NCBI GenBank assembly: GCA_951406725.2
Contig: OX597817.1
Location: 120,218,001 to 120,282,000 of the forward strand
DNA from: Octopus vulgaris
Lineage: Eukaryota
Reading direction: 5' to 3'
DNA: 64,000 bases
A program made the position numbers and the translations under genes. Every line of letters starts with the position of its first letter. The stretch's first letter is position 1. Under the pieces are notes generated by a model. The model saw only the letters and a list, made by a program, of their open reading frames with translations, was not told the origin of the DNA and made no database searches. Positions 63,601 to 64,000 of the stretch are shown piece by piece.

Positions 63601-64000
63601 CATTTTATATTCATACAAATAAAGGAAACATTGAATTTAGAATTTACATGCAACAAAATGCTAGATCAATCAGAAGTTTTCAACTGGCTGAACTATAAGT
63701 AGGATAAATCACCTCCTGTTCCACTTCTAATTTATATGAAAGTTACATAGTTAGATAATGGTTAATGTTTCTCTTGAAAAGTTGCAAATCAACAGCTATA
63801 GAAATAAAGGTAACAAAGAAACAAAAAAAAAAGCTTCAGTGAAGTGCTTTATGCAGGGACTTGTGGGAATCAATAGATGTAATGAGAAAAGGGCATGAGT
63901 CAGGAGTGCCTATGAGGTGACAGCACAGGACCAGCAACTTAGAGGAGAAGGAGTCACTGCAGTAACCAAAATTTAGACCATGCCCTTGCACCATATGTTA

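Noticed and set aside
63845-64000. GC-richer segment at window end, possible LINE relic
   Set aside because: Too short and degenerate to assign without the adjacent sequence.

Overview
AT-rich eukaryotic DNA packed with microsatellites. The repeat content (tRNA/CORE-type SINEs, RTE and R4/Dong LINEs, Penelope-like elements, (TA)n/(TACA)n seas) resembles a coleoid cephalopod genome, most likely Octopus; this is inference, not a database result. I found no convincing host-gene exon, rRNA, true tRNA gene or CRISPR, and most ORFs in the track are microsatellite artefacts. The window is an intergenic or deep-intronic transposon graveyard. It holds one young 5'-truncated RTE LINE with an uninterrupted RT ORF carrying a PHD finger inside the RT and an Asp-to-Asn change in catalytic motif A. 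It also holds three R4/Dong relics, two Penelope-like GIY-YIG relics, Tc1/IS630 and hAT transposase relics, a non-autonomous Helitron, piggyBac- and Tc1-type MITEs and at least four SINE families. The most interesting unannotated signals are several decayed hammerhead-ribozyme motifs (one full fold with a long stem II, one head-to-head inverted pair) and three long inverted repeats able to form dsRNA. I found no intact novel multi-gene system. Coordinates of degraded relics are approximate and translations were done by eye.
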